From positions 416,001 through 480,000 of the forward strand of contig CAWKDB010000010.1 of the NCBI GenBank assembly GCA_963848295.1: DNA of 64,000 nucleotides. Direction: 5' to 3'. Positions 59,590 through 64,000 of this stretch are shown here, one piece after another. Every line of letters begins with the position of its first letter. The stretch's first letter is position 1. The DNA comes from an uncultured delta proteobacterium. GTDB taxonomy: Bacteria; Myxococcota_A; Polyangia; Haliangiales; Haliangiaceae. A program made the translations under genes and the position numbers. A model generated the notes under the pieces. It did no database searches. It saw only the letters and a program-made list of their open reading frames with translations, and was not told the origin of the DNA.

Positions 59590-62500
59590 CTAACCGGCGA
59601 TCGTCAGGCCCATTTGGGCGCGGACCGCGAAGAACTCTTCGCTGATCGAGTACAGGACGAGCTCTTTGATCTTGTCCTTGACCTGCGGGCCGCCGACGGT
59701 GACCGGCTCGCTCGAGATCATCCGCGCCGCGACCTCGAGATCACCGCACACGACGAAGCCGGCGCGATGCGACACCGCGTCGACCGCGTGGCCCCACTTC
59801 GCGAGGTTGATCTCGGGCGCCGCTTGCACGAACCGCGAGACGACCGCGCCGAGCTGCTCGAGCGCGTGCGGAGGCATGCGCTTCTGCATCTCCGGCACGT
59901 ACTGGCCGACGAGCTGGACGGTGTCCGGCGGGACCGGGAACCGCGGCTGCAGCATCACGATCGCCGACAGCACGACGACCTTGAGCTCGGTGTTCGTCGG
60001 CAGCAGCATCTTTAAGTAATACTCCGGCCGCATGAACGCGAGCCGGCGCGCCGACAGGAACGCGATCTCGCGCTCGCTCCGGCCCTGGAGCAGATGCTGG
60101 CGCACGACGAACGACGGGCACAGCTCGCTCTTCTCCATCGCGTTCGCGAGCTGGATGTCGGCGGGCTTGTTGTCGTCGACGAAGAACACCTCGGGCAGGC
60201 GCACGTTGAGCACCTGCGCGACGTAGTAGAAGATCTTCGAGAACATCAACGGATCGCCCTGGAGCTGACGGCGGTCCTTGCGCTTGATGCCGAAGTCTTT
60301 GTGCGGCGCGCCCTTCATCGCGGCGACGCCTTCCCAACACGCACCGAAGATCGCGCTGATGTAGCGGTTCTCGTCGGTGTGGACGAGCTTGGCCCACGTC
60401 TCGCCGCTCATCATGTTCTTGGCCTTCACCAGGCCACGCGGCTTGTACTGCTCGTAAAACTGGACCTCGTCTTGGTCCGCCTTCTTGAGGAACGAGAGCG
60501 TGTTGCAGACGCACCAGGTCTTGTCGTACTGGTGCGTGTCCATGTAGATGCGACGCAGCGCCTTGTACGAGTCGTACTTGAACGGCTCGTTGCGGAGCAT
60601 TCGCATGTGCTGGGCGACGGCTTTGTCGGTGTAGTCCGGGCCCGCGACCAGGTAGAGCTCGGCGAGGATCTCGGCGCGATCGGTGCCGTCCGCGCGCAGC
60701 TCGTTGTTCGGATCTAGCTGCTGCGCGATCTCGTACGCGCCGGTCGCCGACTGGTACTGCTTGAGCCGGCTGCGATAGATCTCGCCGAGGCCGTCGAACA
60801 GACCGACCTGGAGCTTCTTGAACACCTGGTTGTTGGTCTGCTGCGGGATGCGCCGGATCATGTCGCGATAAGCGCGTTGCTGCGCGTTCCAGTCGCGCTT
60901 GGTCGTGAGGATCTTGTCGATCGCTTCGAACGAGCGCAGCGCGCGCGGCACGGCCGCATCGGTCAGCTTCTCGGGGCTCGCGAAGTAGCTATCGAGCGCC
61001 TTGTTGAAGTAATCGATCGCCTCGTCGAGCGACTTGAGCTCGTCGCGACACACCGCGGCCGCCGCGTAGTAGTACGCACCCCGCGTCGAGCCGTTCGGCT
61101 CGAGCGCGATGAACCGCTCGATCGTCTCGACCGCCTTCTTCCACTGCTTGGTCTCGGTGTAGAGGTCCAGGACCTTCTGCAGCAACTGGTGATCGTCGGC
61201 GGTGACCTCGAGAGCCTCGAGATACGCGGCGGTCGCCTTCTGTGGATTTTGCAGCTTGTCGTGGTAGATGCCGCCGATCTCGTCGAGCAGCTGGGTCTTC
61301 TCTTTGGTATCCGCGGTCTGCATCAGGCCGCGCTTCGCGTGGACGACCGCTTCCCAGTCGCCCTGCTGCTGTTGCAGATCGATGACCGCTTCGAGCGTCT
61401 CGCGATGGTGCGGATCGATCTCGAGCGCCTTCTCGAACATGTTGAGCGCCTTCTTGCGCTCGCCGAGGGCCTGCCGCACCGCACCGAGGCGGTTGTAGAT
61501 GCGGACGACTTCCTTCTCGTCTTGACCGTCGCGGTGCTGGACCAGGATCGTCTGGTAGATCTTCCCGGCGTTGTCCCAGTCCTGCATCTTGAACAGCAGG
61601 TCGGCACGGCCGATCAGCGTCGGCAGGTACGTCGAGTCGATGTCGTACGCGGCCTTGTAGTAGCCGATCGCCTTCTGGAAATCGCCGAGCTCGTCGGCGG
61701 TCTTCGCGGCGCGGTAGTACAGCTCGTTGAGCTCGCGCGGATCGGCATGGAGCTGACCGACCTTGCGCGACAGCATGTCGATCACCGGTGACAGATCCGT
61801 CCACTGCTGACTGTTGAACAGCAGCTCGGCGAGCGGACGGCCCGCTTCGACGTGCTCCGGATCCAGCGAGATCACCGCGGTGTACAGCGCTTTGGCCTGG
61901 TCGTCCTGCTGGAGCCGGAACTGGTAGATCTGCGCCGCCTCGAACAACAGCGGGACCTTATCGATCACGACCGGCGTGTAGCTCTCGGCGCGCACCATCA
62001 TCTGGGCCGCCTTCAACCAGTCGCCGCGGTCGGAGTACTGCTTGGTCAACGCCTCCATCGCGGGGACGTGCGCCGCGTCGAGCGAGAGCGCGCGCAGCAA
62101 GTTCGCCTCGGCGCCGTCGGCGTCGGCGAGCTGGCCGTACTGCAACCGGCCCATCCGGGTATAGAGGTCGACCTGCTTGCGCGGATCTTGCGCGAGCTGA
62201 ACGAGCCGGGCCATCGCGTCGGTCGCGCGGTCCCACTCGCTGATCTTCTCGTACAACCGACCGAGCGCATCGAGCGCGCGTTGGTCGTCGGCATCGAACG
62301 ACAGCACGTCGTTGTACGCCTCGATCGCGCGATCGATGTCCTGGAGCTGGCCCTCGTAGACCTGGCCCATCGCGACGTAGAGATCGACGCGGGTCGCGAC
62401 GTCCGACGTCGCCATGATGTAGTTGCGGTAGGTCTCGACCAGCGATTCCCACTTGCCGGCCTGCTGGTACAGGCGAGCGAGCTCGCGATACGCGCTGTAG

Positions 62501-64000
62501 TTGCGCTGATCGATCGCGACGATCTTCTCGAGCGCCTCGGCCGCGCGGTCGAGCTTGCCAAACCGCTCTTCCCACGCCGCCGCCATGCGCTCGTAGAGCG
62601 AGACGCGCTCGGCGTCCGAGCCCGAGACGTCGAGCTGGGCCTCGAGGACCTCGAGGTACTTCTCGGATTGCTCGGTCTTCTCGTACAGACCTTCGAGCGC
62701 GCGCAGCGCTTGCAGGTTCGACGGATCGGTGTCGAGCACCTTCTGGTACGCGCCGATCGATTGGCCGGCGTCGAACAGGCGCAGGTCCCAGATCTGGCCG
62801 ATCTCGAGCCGGAACCGGACGATCTCGCCGTCGTCGGTCGACATCTCCGCGCGCCGCGTCAGCACGTCGATCAACGGCTCCCACTGCTCGGTCCGGCGGT
62901 ACAGCCGATCGAGCGCGCCGAGCGCGGTCGCCGACGCCTTGCTGAAGACCAGCGCCTGCTGGTACGCGTGGATCGCGCCGCCGACGTCTTGCATCTGGCG
63001 CTCGAGCAGCTCGGCGAGCTGGATGTAGAGATCGGTCTTCTTGCCGGGGTCGGGCTCGACCGCGGCGTGGCGTTGCAACGTCTCGATCAGCTCGCCCCAG
63101 CTGCCGCGCTTGCGCTGCAGGTCAGCCATGCCGCCGAGCGCGCCGGTGTGCGCCGGGTCGATGCGCAGCGCTTGCTGCACCGAGTGGATCGCATACTCGA
63201 GATGCGACAGGTGATCGCTGTACCAACGGCCGATCTTGACCCACAGGTCGGCGGCCGCACCGCGATCCTCGCGCTCGAGCTCGTTGACGCGGTTCGTGTA
63301 CTCGTCGAGCAGCTCCTGCCACCGGTTCGTGGCGGTCGCGAGCCGTTCGAGCTCGGTCGCGGTCTGGTCGTGCGAGTAGTCGCGCTTGAACGCGGCTTGC
63401 AGCACGTAGAACGCGCTCTCCTGATCGCCGATCTCGGTCTCGTAGATCTTCGCGACCTGGTTGAGCATCTGGATCTGCTGCTCGACATCGGTGACGAGCT
63501 CGCTGCGCTCGAGCAAGATCTCGACGAGCTCGGTCCACTTGTACTGTTGGCGATAGATCGCCTCGAGTCGCTCCGACGCGGTCATGTTCGTCGGGTCCGA
63601 GCTGCGCACGCGCTCGTAGAGCTGCGCCGCTCGCGTCAGATCCTCGACCTTCTCTTCCCACGTCGCGGCGGCCTGGAGCAGCGTATTGCGGCGTTCGACC
63701 TCGTCGTCGAGCACGAGCGCGCGCTTCTCGAGCACGTCGATCGCCTCTTCCCACCGGCCTTCGCGCACGAACAGGCCCTCGAGGGCTTGCAGCGCTCGGA
63801 AGTCGGACGGATCGATCGCGATCACGTTGCGCCAGGCTTGGACCGCTTCGTCGACGCGGCCAAGCACGTCGCCTTCGAGCTGACCGAGCTGAGCGTACAG
63901 CTCGATCGTCTCGGACTCGCTGATCTCGTTGTCGGCCGAGATCTGGCCGACATCGATGATCCGCTTGATCGTCTGCGACAGCTCGTCCCACGACTGCGTC
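59590..64000 (-). CDS. Giant TPR-repeat protein (AgmK/GltI-like), 3' part
   Basis: More than 1450 codons of TPR repeats; C-terminus SEEFFAVRAQMGLTIAG; frame open to the window edge. Confidence 0.9.
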   Translation of the reverse strand, partial: TQSWDELSQTIKRIIDVGQISADNEISESETIELYAQLGQLEGDVLGRVDEAVQAWRNVIAIDPSDFRALQALEGLFVREGRWEEAIDVLEKRALVLDDEVERRNTLLQAAATWEEKVEDLTRAAQLYERVRSSDPTNMTASERLEAIYRQQYKWTELVEILLERSELVTDVEQQIQMLNQVAKIYETEIGDQESAFYVLQAAFKRDYSHDQTATELERLATATNRWQELLDEYTNRVNELEREDRGAAADLWVKIGRWYSDHLSHLEYAIHSVQQALRIDPAHTGALGGMADLQRKRGSWGELIETLQRHAAVEPDPGKKTDLYIQLAELLERQMQDVGGAIHAYQQALVFSKASATALGALDRLYRRTEQWEPLIDVLTRRAEMSTDDGEIVRFRLEIGQIWDLRLFDAGQSIGAYQKVLDTDPSNLQALRALEGLYEKTEQSEKYLEVLEAQLDVSGSDAERVSLYERMAAAWEERFGKLDRAAEALEKIVAIDQRNYSAYRELARLYQQAGKWESLVETYRNYIMATSDVATRVDLYVAMGQVYEGQLQDIDRAIEAYNDVLSFDADDQRALDALGRLYEKISEWDRATDAMARLVQLAQDPRKQVDLYTRMGRLQYGQLADADGAEANLLRALSLDAAHVPAMEALTKQYSDRGDWLKAAQMMVRAESYTPVVIDKVPLLFEAAQIYQFRLQQDDQAKALYTAVISLDPEHVEAGRPLAELLFNSQQWTDLSPVIDMLSRKVGQLHADPRELNELYYRAAKTADELGDFQKAIGYYKAAYDIDSTYLPTLIGRADLLFKMQDWDNAGKIYQTILVQHRDGQDEKEVVRIYNRLGAVRQALGERKKALNMFEKALEIDPHHRETLEAVIDLQQQQGDWEAVVHAKRGLMQTADTKEKTQLLDEIGGIYHDKLQNPQKATAAYLEALEVTADDHQLLQKVLDLYTETKQWKKAVETIERFIALEPNGSTRGAYYYAAAAVCRDELKSLDEAIDYFNKALDSYFASPEKLTDAAVPRALRSFEAIDKILTTKRDWNAQQRAYRDMIRRIPQQTNNQVFKKLQVGLFDGLGEIYRSRLKQYQSATGAYEIAQQLDPNNELRADGTDRAEILAELYLVAGPDYTDKAVAQHMRMLRNEPFKYDSYKALRRIYMDTHQYDKTWCVCNTLSFLKKADQDEVQFYEQYKPRGLVKAKNMMSGETWAKLVHTDENRYISAIFGACWEGVAAMKGAPHKDFGIKRKDRRQLQGDPLMFSKIFYYVAQVLNVRLPEVFFVDDNKPADIQLANAMEKSELCPSFVVRQHLLQGRSEREIAFLSARRLAFMRPEYYLKMLLPTNTELKVVVLSAIVMLQPRFPVPPDTVQLVGQYVPEMQKRMPPHALEQLGAVVSRFVQAAPEINLAKWGHAVDAVSHRAGFVVCGDLEVAARMISSEPVTVGGPQVKDKIKELVLYSISEEFFAVRAQMGLTIAG

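Overview
GC-rich window whose gene content (FHA-sigma54 activators, Ser/Thr kinases, TPR-PEGA proteins, a giant TPR protein, many lipoproteins) points to a myxobacterium; the taxonomy is inferred. The core is a ~22 kb redox island (~9.6-32.2 kb) with two divergent operons that together look like a cytoplasm-to-surface electron conduit. The leftward operon encodes a diheme lipoprotein, a membrane-anchored 2x[4Fe-4S] FAD/NAD(P)H oxidoreductase, and a fusion of a cNMP-like domain, a 4x[4Fe-4S] domain and a 4-His membrane domain. The rightward operon encodes an SH3-SH3-beta-barrel protein, a 30-heme periplasmic cytochrome, a porin, a 33-heme lipoprotein cytochrome and a CcmI/CycH-like lipoprotein. 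Nearby are TlpA, DsbD, DUF4266/DUF3570 and a monoheme-porin fusion. Four paralogous small cytochrome lipoproteins are scattered through the window; two have only non-canonical heme motifs. About ten sigma54 -24/-12 motifs sit 12-16 nt upstream of start codons, implying leaderless sigma54 transcripts, and two Ser/Thr kinase plus FHA-sigma54 activator modules are adjacent. Mobile DNA: a partial IS256, two ISAzo13 remnants and a complete IS21. Six frameshifts in three genes are probably sequencing indels. No rRNA, tRNA or CRISPR array was seen. All domain calls are by eye, without database searches.
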